A DNA stretch of 64,000 nt from Akkermansiaceae bacterium (GTDB taxonomy: Bacteria > Verrucomicrobiota > Verrucomicrobiia > Verrucomicrobiales > Akkermansiaceae), in NCBI GenBank assembly GCA_049889835.1, contig JBMHCQ010000025.1:15744-79743 (forward strand), read 5' to 3'. The notes beneath the pieces are model-generated. The model saw only the letters and a list, made by a program, of their open reading frames with translations, was not told where the DNA came from and did not search any database. Below, in pieces: positions 9,127 through 18,495 of this stretch. Numbering within the stretch: the first letter of the stretch is position 1; each line of letters opens with the position of its first letter. The position numbers and the translations under genes were made by a program.

Positions 9127-10074
9127 GTGAACGAGAATCTTGAATCACAAGCCCGGGACGCCTCCTTCGAGTTTCTCGCGATCTTTCTCGAAGGCCTCCC
9201 GTTCATTTTTCTGGGCACAATCGTCAGCGGATTCCTTGGCACTTATCTCCCTAAGAACGCCTTTGAGCGCTGGCTTCCAAACAACCGGACGCTTGCAATA
9301 TTGATGAGCGGCGTGCTCGGCGCGGTTTTTCCGGTTTGCGAATGCGCCGTGGTCCCCGTCATCCGGCGCCTCGTCAAGAACGGCCTCCCTGTCTCCTGTG
9401 CTCTCACCTACATGCTGGCCGCACCAATCTTTAACCCGGTGACGGCGGTCAGCACCTACAAGGCCTTCAACGATTCCTACTCCGTTGCCGGGGCCCGGCT
9501 GGCAATGGCGTATGCCATTGCCGTTCTGGTCGGACTCGTGATTGCGCGAGTCGCGCACTCGCGTTTCTTAAAGCCGAGTGTCAAGGAAAGTGCGCACGAA
9601 CATCATCATCCACGTAACCTCACTTCCGCATTGAATAATTCACTCCGGGATCTCATGGACGTCGGCCTCTACTTCACCATCGGGGTGGTTCTCACCGCGA
9701 TGATGAAGAGCACGGTCATTGATCCCAATTCCGACTTTTGGCAGAACCTCGAGAGCAACTCCCTCCTCGCCACTCCCGCAATGATGGTCCTCGCCTTCAT
9801 TCTCAGCCTTTGTTCCACCTCGGATGCCTTTATCGCCGCAAATATTGGGAATTTTAAATACGGGCCCAAGCTCGCCTTCATGGTCTTCGGTCCGATGATG
9901 GACGCCAAACTCATCTTCCTCTACTCCGCAGTTTTCCGCTGGAAATTTATTGCGATCCTGTTGGCGGCTCTCTTCGTGGTCACCGGAGCCTTCTCTCTCT
10001 TCGCGGAAGGAGCAATCGAAACGCTCTACGAGTTGGAAGTCAAAGCAACTCTGGAAAGGGAGGGTGCGCCATGA
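9127..10074 (+). CDS. COG0701-type predicted permease (two-component permease large subunit), 315 aa, GTG start
   Basis: Polytopic membrane protein. The FPVCECAVVPVIRRL motif is characteristic of this permease family. It overlaps the partner gene by 4 nt. Confidence 0.75.
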   Translation: MNENLESQARDASFEFLAIFLEGLPFIFLGTIVSGFLGTYLPKNAFERWLPNNRTLAILMSGVLGAVFPVCECAVVPVIRRLVKNGLPVSCALTYMLAAPIFNPVTAVSTYKAFNDSYSVAGARLAMAYAIAVLVGLVIARVAHSRFLKPSVKESAHEHHHPRNLTSALNNSLRDLMDVGLYFTIGVVLTAMMKSTVIDPNSDFWQNLESNSLLATPAMMVLAFILSLCSTSDAFIAANIGNFKYGPKLAFMVFGPMMDAKLIFLYSAVFRWKFIAILLAALFVVTGAFSLFAEGAIETLYELEVKATLEREGAP

Positions 10075-10907
10075 GTGCGATCGAAGCCCGACTTTTTGGC
10101 CTTCTCGCAACCATCTGGGGAGGAGTTCTCGTGTATTTTTATCACTCCTTTCGGATCAAAAAATACCTCGCTCCTGATTTCCATCACCTCGTCCTCTTTG
10201 GCGGAATTGGAATCATAATTCTCGGGCTCTTCCATCTCTGGAATCCAAAAGAAAAAATGAAGGAGAGCGGCTGCGAGCATGAACACGCGCTCGGACACCA
10301 TGAACAAGAACATGACAGAGACTGTGCCGACTGCCATCATGAACACGACGGGCACGGACCGGTGGTCACTTACGCCCTGACTCTTCTTCCACTCGTGGGC
10401 GCCCTCTACCTCACGCAGGACAAGCTTTCCGACTACGGAATCGCCCGTAAGAGCAGCGCAACCAAAGAGACCTTGGCAAAAATTGCACCTCCTCCCCCCT
10501 TCACTCTCGAGGATCTTGAAAAGCGAGTACCTCGGAATGCGGAAGGTGATTTCCAACTCTCGATCGTAACCCCAAACTACATCGCCGGAGATCGTGAAGT
10601 GGAGCCGATCTTTGAAGGACTTCAGGTCGAGTTTGAAGGTCGTCTAGGAGATGTTCCCAAAAGCGAAGGCGGCTCCCGCAAGCGCATCTACCAATCCATC
10701 ATCAGTTGCTGCGCGGCCGATATGTCCATCGTTGGGATTCCTCTCGAATTCACCGAAAACCTGCCCGCGATCGAAAACGGCGAATGGGTCAAAACCTGCG
10801 GTATCCTCACCTTCGAAACCCGCGACACCGATCGATATCCACTTTTAAAAGTCCGTAAGATCGAAGTCGCCGAAGAACCTTACTCCGAATTCCTCCTCCG
10901 TCAGTAA
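10071..10907 (+). CDS. TIGR03943/DUF1980-like permease partner with His/Cys-rich loop, 278 aa
   Basis: Two N-terminal TM helices, then CEHEHALGHHEQEHDRDCADCHHEHDGH, a third TM helix, and a soluble C-terminal domain. Its position directly after a COG0701 permease matches the known SMU_747c/SMU_746c-type pairing. Confidence 0.7.
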   Translation: MSAIEARLFGLLATIWGGVLVYFYHSFRIKKYLAPDFHHLVLFGGIGIIILGLFHLWNPKEKMKESGCEHEHALGHHEQEHDRDCADCHHEHDGHGPVVTYALTLLPLVGALYLTQDKLSDYGIARKSSATKETLAKIAPPPPFTLEDLEKRVPRNAEGDFQLSIVTPNYIAGDREVEPIFEGLQVEFEGRLGDVPKSEGGSRKRIYQSIISCCAADMSIVGIPLEFTENLPAIENGEWVKTCGILTFETRDTDRYPLLKVRKIEVAEEPYSEFLLRQ

Positions 10908-10910
10908 TCC

Positions 10911-11816
10911 ATGTCCTCCCTGAACGACCTTCGCGATCAGCTCCTCAGCAACGTCCTCGGCTCCACCAAGGCGGTCGATCTTCTCCTCATCTCGCTTCTT
11001 GCACGAGGTCACTCCTTGATCACCGGCCCTCCGGGAATTGGAAAGACAAGCCTCGCCCAGACGCTCGCCACCTCACTCAGTGGAAGTTTTAAACGCGTTC
11101 AATTTACCCCCGACCTCCTTCCTTCCGACATCCTCGGTTACAACCTGTGCCGTCCGCAAACCGGTGAGTTCGATTTCATCGCCGGTCCTGTCTTTGCCAA
11201 TCTTCTTCTCGCTGATGAGATCAACCGGGCCTCCCCCCGCACCCAATCCTCACTTTTGGAAGCGATGAATGAACGCCAAGTCACCATCGATGGAGAGACG
11301 CGCATTCTTCCGGATCCATTCATGGTGGTAGCTACTCAAAACGACGCCTCATCCACCGGAACCTTCCCTCTGCCCGAACCGCAGCTCGACCGTTTCCTTC
11401 TCTCGATACCGATGAGCTTGCCGGATGACTCCACCCAACTTGAGATTCTCAAATATCACGCCCAACAATCACAAGCCCCTGCAGCCGAAGCAATCATCTC
11501 GCTCGAAGCCCTCCGCGAACTTCAGGAAAAATGTGCTAAACTCCCCGTCTCCGACACCCTCCAGCGCTATCTGCTGGCTCTCTGCCAGGCTGTCCGCACC
11601 GCGCTGGGAAATGATCACGCCGTGTCGACCCGCGCAACTCTGGCTCTTCAACGAGCCGCTCAAGGAGCAGCCCTTCTCGACGATCAGGATGCCATCCTTC
11701 CAGACCACGTTCAGAGCATATTCCCCCACGTTTTGCGTCACCGCCTCTTGGCCGAAGACGCTCCCGAGCCGGATCAACTCCTACTCTCCGCACTCGAACA
11801 GACTCCTGTTCCTTGA
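10911..11816 (+). CDS. MoxR-family AAA+ ATPase, 301 aa
   Basis: Walker A GPPGIGKT, Walker B and sensor region LLLADEINRASPRTQSSLLEAMNERQVTIDG, and VVATQN. This is the classic MoxR signature. Confidence 0.85.
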   Translation: MSSLNDLRDQLLSNVLGSTKAVDLLLISLLARGHSLITGPPGIGKTSLAQTLATSLSGSFKRVQFTPDLLPSDILGYNLCRPQTGEFDFIAGPVFANLLLADEINRASPRTQSSLLEAMNERQVTIDGETRILPDPFMVVATQNDASSTGTFPLPEPQLDRFLLSIPMSLPDDSTQLEILKYHAQQSQAPAAEAIISLEALRELQEKCAKLPVSDTLQRYLLALCQAVRTALGNDHAVSTRATLALQRAAQGAALLDDQDAILPDHVQSIFPHVLRHRLLAEDAPEPDQLLLSALEQTPVP

Positions 11817-11847
11817 AGCCTCCCTCATTTGCGGGTAGGGTCTCTGT

Positions 11848-14307
11848 GTGGAACTTGTCCTGCGCCTCCTGAGGAACCTCTTCACCCTTGCTCTCATCGC
11901 AGCGGTGGCTGTTCTGTTTGGCGGTCTCATCTACCTCAACCAAATCGGATTTCCGGGGCAATATGGCGAGTGGGTGCGCAACGAGCTTTCCAAACGAGGG
12001 GTTGAGGTCGAATTTGAATCACTCCGCTTCAGCCTGAGAAAAGGCCTCGTTGCCACGAACGCCCAATTTTTCACCAAGCAGGGAGACCCCAAACCTTCGC
12101 TCACCGCGGACTCCCTCGCGATCGATATCGACAAATCCCTCGCCCTGAGAGGCCAGTTCAAACTTCGCGAAATCTTCGTCACCGGTGGAGAAGCCTTCAT
12201 CGAGCTTGAAGACGATGAAAAAATCTTAGCCACCAAGATCAATGCCGAAGTCTTCATCCGTGATGAGGAACGCTTGCAGATTCGAAAAGCCAGCTGCTTC
12301 ATTGCAGGCCTTCACGTTTCTCTGGATGCCGATCTCACCCTCCCTCAAAAGAAGGAACCAGATGGTGAAAACAAGCGACCGGTGGATGACAAGATTCTTC
12401 GAGCTGTGCTCAAGGAGCTGGCCCGGTGGAAATTCCCAGAAGATCACCCGCCTCAGATTTCCCTCAAAATTTGGGGCGATCTGAATGAACTCTCACGAAT
12501 ACGCACCGAATTCGAAATTGATGCCCACGACCTTGTGCGCAACAATTATGCGGTGGGATCACTCTCTCTTCGAGGAGAGCTGCGGGAGAACTTCGCCACC
12601 ATCGAGGAAATCTTCCTTGCCGATGACAGCGGAGAGGTCGAGGGCGAAGCCCGCTGGAACATAAAAAAGAGGCAAGGCCGCTTCGAGCTGACCTCCAGCA
12701 TCGACATCAAGAACTTCCTCGCTTCCAGCCTCGACTCCGCAATCATGGAAGATCTCAGCTACAACGAACCACCCTATGTTCAGATTAAGGGGGAAATCGT
12801 TCAACAGCCAGATCAAAAACTGAGCATGAGAACCCGGGGCTTTGTCGATCTCGGGCCGTTCCATTTTCTGGAGCATCGCTACGACAGCCTACAGAGCAAA
12901 TTCTCGTGGAACGATGGGAACCTCTTCTTACAAGATTTGGAAGTTGGCGAGAATGACAAGTCCCTCACCGGTGACCTTCTTCTTGAAGGAGACCTCGTCC
13001 GATACCGCGTGAAATCTAATCTCCCTCTCACCGCCTTTTCCCCCTTCATTAAGCAAGACAGCCCCACTGACGGAATCATTTCGAGGTTTCAGTTCGACGA
13101 GGAATCCACCCTCGCAATTGAGCTCGAGGGGCACCTCAATCGCACTCATTTTCAAGGAGTCTCGGCGAAAGGATCCATGCGTAGCTCGCGCCTCACCTAC
13201 CGGGGTATGTCTTTGCACGAGCTGTCGGCTGACTTCGTTCTTAATCCTACGAAAATCGAATTCTCCAATGTCAAAGCCCGGCTCGATGATCGCCAGGAAA
13301 AGGCCCGCCTGCGCTTTAAGGCACCAACATCCGGGCCGATTTCTGTCGATCGCATTCAGGTGGATCTTAATTCCCAGATCACTTACGTGAGTAATCTTCA
13401 GGGAACGTTCTGGCCGACCCCGATTGTGCGCGCCTTTGCCCCGAATACTGCCCAGTATTTGGAACAAACCTACCGTTTTCACCGACCTCCAACACTGACG
13501 CTCACCGGTGCCTTTTCCGGATACCAATCCAGACCTGAAGACACACACTTCCTCATTGCACTTCGCACCTCCGGGCAAACTGATTACCCCTTTCTTGGAG
13601 GACCTCTCCCGGCTCAGGATCTTCGCGCTGATATCACGATGGAAGGCCTCAATCTCAAGATCGAGCGTCTGAGTTTTGCCGCCCTGCAGGGTTTAGCGGC
13701 CGGTCAGATCAAGGTGCAAATCCGCCCGGACCAACCCGACACTTATCAAGGAGACATTCGGTGGAATGAAATCTCCTTCCCGGCCCTTTCAAAGATCTAC
13801 CGTTTCGAAAAAGTGGAGAAAGGAACTCTCAAGGGACGTATCCAGTTCAACGGAGCAGGCGGAGACATCCGGAGCCTCAACGCGAAAGGCAGCCTTGAAC
13901 TGGAAAACGGCAATCTCGTTTCTCTTCCGGTCCTCGGGCCGCTCTCACCACTCATGGCCGGGATCCTCGGCGACAAGCGGATGGGATATGAGCGCGCCAA
14001 GAACGGCCAAGCTCAGTTTGAAATCACTAACGGAGTATGGAAGACCGGGAACTTTCTGGCGACCTCGGAAAACATCGTGCTCACCGGCAATGGCTGGGTC
14101 GATCTCAAGACGATGAATATGGACATGACGGTCCGGGCCAATGTTCGTGGTCTTCTTGGCATCATCGCGCTTCCACTCACGCCTTTTCAGGGACTTTTTC
14201 AATTCCGGGGTAGCGGTCAATTCACCAAACCTCAGTGGCAAGCCGCCACCTTTACCGCTCCAGTCAAAGGAAAGATCGATCCCATTTTTCAGAAAACAAA
14301 GCGCTAA
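11848..14307 (+). CDS. large N-terminally membrane-anchored protein, AsmA/TamB-like guess, 819 aa, GTG start
   Basis: One N-terminal TM helix (LFTLALIAAVAVLFGGLIYL) followed by a long beta-rich repetitive body (LSLRGEL..., LTGDLLLEGDL..., GSLELENGNLVSLPVLG). I found no VWA/MIDAS DxSxS motif. The family assignment is a guess based on architecture. Confidence 0.6.
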   Translation: MELVLRLLRNLFTLALIAAVAVLFGGLIYLNQIGFPGQYGEWVRNELSKRGVEVEFESLRFSLRKGLVATNAQFFTKQGDPKPSLTADSLAIDIDKSLALRGQFKLREIFVTGGEAFIELEDDEKILATKINAEVFIRDEERLQIRKASCFIAGLHVSLDADLTLPQKKEPDGENKRPVDDKILRAVLKELARWKFPEDHPPQISLKIWGDLNELSRIRTEFEIDAHDLVRNNYAVGSLSLRGELRENFATIEEIFLADDSGEVEGEARWNIKKRQGRFELTSSIDIKNFLASSLDSAIMEDLSYNEPPYVQIKGEIVQQPDQKLSMRTRGFVDLGPFHFLEHRYDSLQSKFSWNDGNLFLQDLEVGENDKSLTGDLLLEGDLVRYRVKSNLPLTAFSPFIKQDSPTDGIISRFQFDEESTLAIELEGHLNRTHFQGVSAKGSMRSSRLTYRGMSLHELSADFVLNPTKIEFSNVKARLDDRQEKARLRFKAPTSGPISVDRIQVDLNSQITYVSNLQGTFWPTPIVRAFAPNTAQYLEQTYRFHRPPTLTLTGAFSGYQSRPEDTHFLIALRTSGQTDYPFLGGPLPAQDLRADITMEGLNLKIERLSFAALQGLAAGQIKVQIRPDQPDTYQGDIRWNEISFPALSKIYRFEKVEKGTLKGRIQFNGAGGDIRSLNAKGSLELENGNLVSLPVLGPLSPLMAGILGDKRMGYERAKNGQAQFEITNGVWKTGNFLATSENIVLTGNGWVDLKTMNMDMTVRANVRGLLGIIALPLTPFQGLFQFRGSGQFTKPQWQAATFTAPVKGKIDPIFQKTKR

Positions 14308-14354
14308 CTTGGCCGTAAGAAACCGACGCCCGATCTAAGCCGGGTCTCAAGCTC

Positions 14355-15353
14355 ATGCGTTTGCTGATTATCCTCTCATTCTTCGCCACTTTTGCTCAAG
14401 CTCAGTTCAAGGCGGGAGCTCCCATCGACTACCTTCCGCTGGCCTTCTACCCGGACCGCTGGACTGAAGGAAAAATCGATACCGAAATGGTGCCTTGGGA
14501 GGGCAAGCATATCGCCATGATCACGGTAGGTGAGGGGCTCGATGCCAAGACCATGGAAAAATTCGTATCCCGGCTCGATGGCGGCTGGGACGTTTATCAA
14601 AAATTCACCGGAAAGAACCCCCGCCTTTTCAAACACGTGAATCAAAAGGCCACAATCTGCGCTCTCCCGCAAAACCACCTCTCATGCGGATACGGTTGCG
14701 GATATGTCGGCGCGACCGGCATCGAGATGATCCATTTCTACGATGGCCACTTCCCTGCGTTCCAAAAGAACAACAAGGCCATCCCCCACGCCTATTACTA
14801 CGAGATGGGGCGGAATTTTTATACCTACGGTCACAAACACAGCGTTTTCACCACCGGGTTTGCCGTCTTCATGCGCTACGTTTGCATGGACCAACTCAAA
14901 GGCTTTGATAGCGACAAGAGAACCCGCGATGTCATCAATCGCTCGATCGATGTCTACGCTCAGAGCGACCTGAAGTTCCTCAACACCTTCACCAACGCGA
15001 TGGGCGGGCACGAAAAAGGAAATCGCCTCAAAATCACCCCAAGCGATCAGAATGTCATGTACGCCTCCGCTATGCTCAAGCTATGGAAGGAGCACGGCGA
15101 CGACTGGCTCAAATCCTTTTACCAGCACCTCGACAAGGCCCCGGCCATCCCTGGAAAAAGCAAGAGAGGAGCCCGCGCCCAATGTCTCAACTGGTATCTC
15201 GCATGCTCTCTGGCCGCTCAGAAAAACCTCTCCAATGACTTCGTTGATCAATGGCGATTCGAGCTCACCGAAAAAGAGACCGCCGTCCTCGCCAAGGTCC
15301 GGTGGGACGCACCCCACGCCGAGATCAAAACGATCCTCGCCGCGCTAGAATAA
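14355..15353 (+). CDS. secreted hypothetical protein, 332 aa
   Basis: Signal peptide MRLLIILSFFATFAQAQ and consistent codon usage. I could not recognise any family with confidence. Confidence 0.65.
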   Translation: MRLLIILSFFATFAQAQFKAGAPIDYLPLAFYPDRWTEGKIDTEMVPWEGKHIAMITVGEGLDAKTMEKFVSRLDGGWDVYQKFTGKNPRLFKHVNQKATICALPQNHLSCGYGCGYVGATGIEMIHFYDGHFPAFQKNNKAIPHAYYYEMGRNFYTYGHKHSVFTTGFAVFMRYVCMDQLKGFDSDKRTRDVINRSIDVYAQSDLKFLNTFTNAMGGHEKGNRLKITPSDQNVMYASAMLKLWKEHGDDWLKSFYQHLDKAPAIPGKSKRGARAQCLNWYLACSLAAQKNLSNDFVDQWRFELTEKETAVLAKVRWDAPHAEIKTILAALE

Positions 15354-15370
15354 TCCTCGGCTCGAAATTC

Positions 15371-16555
15371 TCAAAGTTGGGTCTCCAAGGCTGCGATCAC
15401 CCCCCGCGCTTTCGCCCGGGCAGCTTCAAGATCTGTCGAGCGCCCCAGTCCGACCGCCATGCGGCGTCTTCCCTCCACCTTTGGTTTTCCGAAGAGACGA
15501 AGTTGGGTGTCGGGCTCCATTAAAGCGTCCTCGATGTTACCGAAACTCACTTTTGCGGAAGTCCCCTCCACCACATGCGCACAGGAAGCGCTCGGCCCAT
15601 GTTGATGAATGTTCGGAATCGGCATTCCCAGAATCGCCCGGGCATGAAGCGCAAACTGACTCAGATCCTGTGAGATCATCGTCACCATTCCAGTATCATG
15701 GGGTCGCGGAGAAACTTCCGAAAAAATGACCTCATCGCCCTTCACAAAAAGCTCTACGCCGAACACTCCATAACCACCAAGATTCTCGGTCACCTTGGCC
15801 GCCATCTCCTGTGCACCCGCGAGCGCGGCTTCCGTCATCGGTTGGGGTTGCCAGGACTCACGATAATCTCCGTCGACCTGAATATGCCCGATGGGCTGAC
15901 AAAAAGAAGTGCCTCCGACGTGCCGGACGGTGAGTAAAGTGATCTCATAATCAAATTCCACAAAACCCTCCACAATCACTTTTCCCGCTCCCGCCCTTCC
16001 CCCTTCCTGCGCGTAATCCCACGCTGGCTGCACATCGGCTTCCGTCTTCAAGGTTGATTGGCCTTTTCCGGACGATGACATGATGGGCTTCACCACACAT
16101 GGCAGACCAATCTCAGCAATCGCGGCCTGATACTCTTCGATTGTCGCAGCGAAGCGATAAGGAGAAGTCAGGCACCCCAATTCCTCGGCAGCCATGCGCC
16201 GAATCCCCTCCCGATTCATCGTGAGCTGGGTCGCACGAGCGGTTGGAATGATCGTCGCCCTCCCTTCATTCTCAATTTCCGCCAAGGTGTCGGTTGCAAT
16301 TGCTTCGACCTCCGGCACCACCAAATCGGGCTTTTCCAGTTCAATCACCCGACGCAGCGATTGGCCATCCAGCATGGAAAAGACATGCGCCCGGTCCGCC
16401 ACCTGCATCGCCGGTGCGTTTTCGTAGGCATCACAGGCAATGACCTCAACCCCGTAGCGCTGGAGCTCAATCACGACTTCTTTCCCCAACTCCCCCGAGC
16501 CACAGAGCATGACCTTTTTTGCAGTTTGAGTAAACGGAGTGCCGATTGTTGCCAT
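15371..16555 (-). CDS. purT: formate-dependent phosphoribosylglycinamide formyltransferase (GAR transformylase 2), 394 aa
   Basis: N-terminus [51 protein letters not shown] plus an ATP-grasp body. Length and sequence are typical of PurT. Confidence 0.9.
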   Translation of the reverse strand: MATIGTPFTQTAKKVMLCGSGELGKEVVIELQRYGVEVIACDAYENAPAMQVADRAHVFSMLDGQSLRRVIELEKPDLVVPEVEAIATDTLAEIENEGRATIIPTARATQLTMNREGIRRMAAEELGCLTSPYRFAATIEEYQAAIAEIGLPCVVKPIMSSSGKGQSTLKTEADVQPAWDYAQEGGRAGAGKVIVEGFVEFDYEITLLTVRHVGGTSFCQPIGHIQVDGDYRESWQPQPMTEAALAGAQEMAAKVTENLGGYGVFGVELFVKGDEVIFSEVSPRPHDTGMVTMISQDLSQFALHARAILGMPIPNIHQHGPSASCAHVVEGTSAKVSFGNIEDALMEPDTQLRLFGKPKVEGRRRMAVGLGRSTDLEAARAKARGVIAALETQL

Positions 16556-17008
16556 CCCGAAGTCAAGCCTAAGCCCTCATTCAAGAGGAGACAAAAGATC
16601 GGCGAGTTATTCACTGCCTGACCGAATTTTTTGAAGCTCGCGCGAGGAGCATACTTGCAGGGAGATCTGCGTTCCCTGACCTTCCCGGAGTGCACTTATT
16701 CTTGGGATTTTCTGCACTTGGCTGGGGCACTCGCCCCCAAATACCTGCCTGATCACGAGGGCACCGAAACGCCCAAATGGAAAATACCGCTCAACTCGAC
16801 ACCTGAGCCGCTCAATTGCTTGAGCTGGATGGGGACACCGCCGAACTCTCCTGCTTTTTGCTTAAATCCTTTGCAGAGAAGATCATCCTCGATTTTTCCT
16901 CAGATCTTAACGGGTTGGAATTGGCGGCTCGCAAATTCGATAATTTCTTGACTCCCTGTTCCTGCGTCCCTATTCCCCGCGTCCCGCAAACTCTTTCATT
17001 CTATTATT

Positions 17009-17473
17009 ATGGCTGCCACAGAAGTGATTCTCCGCGAAAAAATCCAGGGCCTCGGTGCCGAAGCTGACGTCGTCAAGGTGAAGGCCGGCTTCGCCCGCAA
17101 TTTCCTGATCCCCACCGGTAAAGCTTATGAAGCCACCAAGGGAAACCTCAATCAGATCGAGAATCTGAACAAGGTTCGTGCCGCACGTGAGGCTGCCGAA
17201 CTCGCCGAAGCCCATGAGCTTGCTGCCAAAATCGGCCGTCTCAAGCCCAAGTTCACTCTTGAGATTGGCGCCAACGGAAAAGCCTTCGGTTCGGTCACTT
17301 CCATCGACATCCACAAAACTCTTGAGGAAAAGGGATTCGAAATCGAGCGCACCGCGATTCAGCTTGATAAGCCTATCAAGACCTCCGGCAAGACAGACGT
17401 CGAAATTAAACTCCACCCTGAGGTAAGCACCTCTGTGACGATCACCGTGGAAGCTCCTGAAGCCACCGAGTGA
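17009..17473 (+). CDS. rplI: 50S ribosomal protein L9, 154 aa
   Basis: EVILREKIQGLGAEADVVKVKAGFARNFLIPTGKAYEAT is the conserved L9 N-terminal domain. Confidence 0.9.
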   Translation: MAATEVILREKIQGLGAEADVVKVKAGFARNFLIPTGKAYEATKGNLNQIENLNKVRAAREAAELAEAHELAAKIGRLKPKFTLEIGANGKAFGSVTSIDIHKTLEEKGFEIERTAIQLDKPIKTSGKTDVEIKLHPEVSTSVTITVEAPEATE

Positions 17474-17495
17474 ATTAAGCACACCTCTTTTTTTG

Positions 17496-17529
17496 AAAGC
17501 CCGCTCGCCTTGTGCGTTCGGGCTTTTTT
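17496..17529 (+). terminator. intrinsic terminator after rplI
   Basis: AAAGCCCG (17496-17503) pairs with CGGGCTTT (17519-17526), with an inner CGC/GCG pairing, followed by T-run 17524-17529. It starts 23 nt after the rplI stop. Confidence 0.75.
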
Positions 17530-17557
17530 ATGCCTGCATCGCCTCCTTCCCGCACCC

Positions 17558-17585
17558 TTGACCATTTGGCAGCTGCCCTTATCTT
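17558..17585 (+). promoter_or_regulatory. sigma70-like promoter candidate for the L,D-transpeptidase gene (near-leaderless)
   Basis: TTGACC (17558-17563), 16-nt spacer, TATCTT (17580-17585). The ATG at 17594 is only 8 nt downstream of the -10 element. Confidence 0.3.
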
Positions 17586-17593
17586 GACCGTCA

Positions 17594-18193
17594 ATGAAGG
17601 CCTTGATCTCACTCCCCCTTGCCGTCTTCCTCGTTTCCTGCGGACAGAATGACATTTCCCCCGCCGATCCCGGAGCAGGCTACCTGGCCGGTTTTCGCAC
17701 TCCAAATAGCGCCCTGCAACACAACGCCCCGGCCCACGCGCGCGGATATTGGGATGGCGACGGGGTGGAAGGCCCAGCCTCAATTATCATCAAACGCTCG
17801 GAACAGAAAGCTTACTTTTACAAGGGATCAGAACTCGTCGGGGTCAGCCCAATCTCCACCGGAAAGAGCACCCACACCACTCCGGCGGGAACATTCAAAA
17901 TCACTCAGAAAAACAAAGATCACAAATCCTCCCTCTACGGCGTCATCCGGGATACCACGACCGGGCAAATCATTAACGACGATGCCGATATTCGTAAAGA
18001 TCACGCTGGTCCGGGGCAGGTCTTCGAAAACGCACCCATGCCTTACTTTATGCGTTTCAATGGAGGTATCGGAATGCACGTGGGCCATCTTCCCGGATAT
18101 GCCGCGTCTCACGGCTGCATCCGCATGCCCGAACCCATGGCGAAGAAGTTTTTCGAAAACGCCTCCATGGGAACTCCCGTCATCGTAAAGTAA
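17594..18193 (+). CDS. L,D-transpeptidase (YkuD domain) lipoprotein, 199 aa
   Basis: Lipobox LVSCG. Catalytic motif SHGCIRMP with upstream MHVGHLPG. Confidence 0.85.
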   Translation: MKALISLPLAVFLVSCGQNDISPADPGAGYLAGFRTPNSALQHNAPAHARGYWDGDGVEGPASIIIKRSEQKAYFYKGSELVGVSPISTGKSTHTTPAGTFKITQKNKDHKSSLYGVIRDTTTGQIINDDADIRKDHAGPGQVFENAPMPYFMRFNGGIGMHVGHLPGYAASHGCIRMPEPMAKKFFENASMGTPVIVK

Positions 18194-18200
18194 TAGGTCG

Positions 18201-18491
18201 ATGCCCGCTCCCTTTCTCCCCACCCTTGTCAGACCTGATCGACCCAGGCTCTTGGAACCGATCGCCGATCCTGTCGCCCGTCACAAAAGAAGCTGGCCGG
18301 AAAGCCGGAAGACTCGCCTCTCCAGTCAGGAAGAGCTCCCAAGCCCGCTCGAATCCGCTCCCAAGGCTGCCCATCTCTTTATCTGCGCGAAAGCCAAGGC
18401 GGGACTCCCTCAGGAACTAGAGAGCAACGAAATCACCAACACCCTTGAAGGACTGGGATCGGAGCTCACAATCGATCCTCTCGAAAACTGA
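18201..18491 (+). CDS. hypothetical protein, 96 aa (weak)
   Basis: The ORF fills the 302-nt gap before trmD and ends 4 nt before its ATG. Third-position C/G bias resembles neighbouring genes. No recognisable motif. Confidence 0.3.
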   Translation: MPAPFLPTLVRPDRPRLLEPIADPVARHKRSWPESRKTRLSSQEELPSPLESAPKAAHLFICAKAKAGLPQELESNEITNTLEGLGSELTIDPLEN

Positions 18492-18495
18492 TCCC

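Noticed and set aside
14355-15353. AYYYEMGRNFYTYGH in the secreted 332-aa protein looked like a degenerate HExxH(N) zincin/M60-like motif (H to Y, H to R).
   Set aside because: This is a single short, non-canonical match without the downstream Glu or other supporting motifs. Calling it a pseudo-peptidase would be over-interpretation. It needs an HMM or structure search.
16777-17067. A frame reading MENTAQLDT-TGA-AAQLLELDGDTAELSCFLLKSFAEKIILDFSSDLNGLELAARKFDNFL…, considered as selenocysteine or stop-codon read-through, or as an Hpt-like domain remnant, in the 453-nt purT-rplI gap.
   Set aside because: There is no SECIS-like hairpin after the TGA. The resemblance to the first helix of Hpt domains is vague, and the conserved His-containing motif is absent. 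The frame runs into rplI out of frame. At best it is a decayed fragment, and it cannot be supported from the sequence alone.
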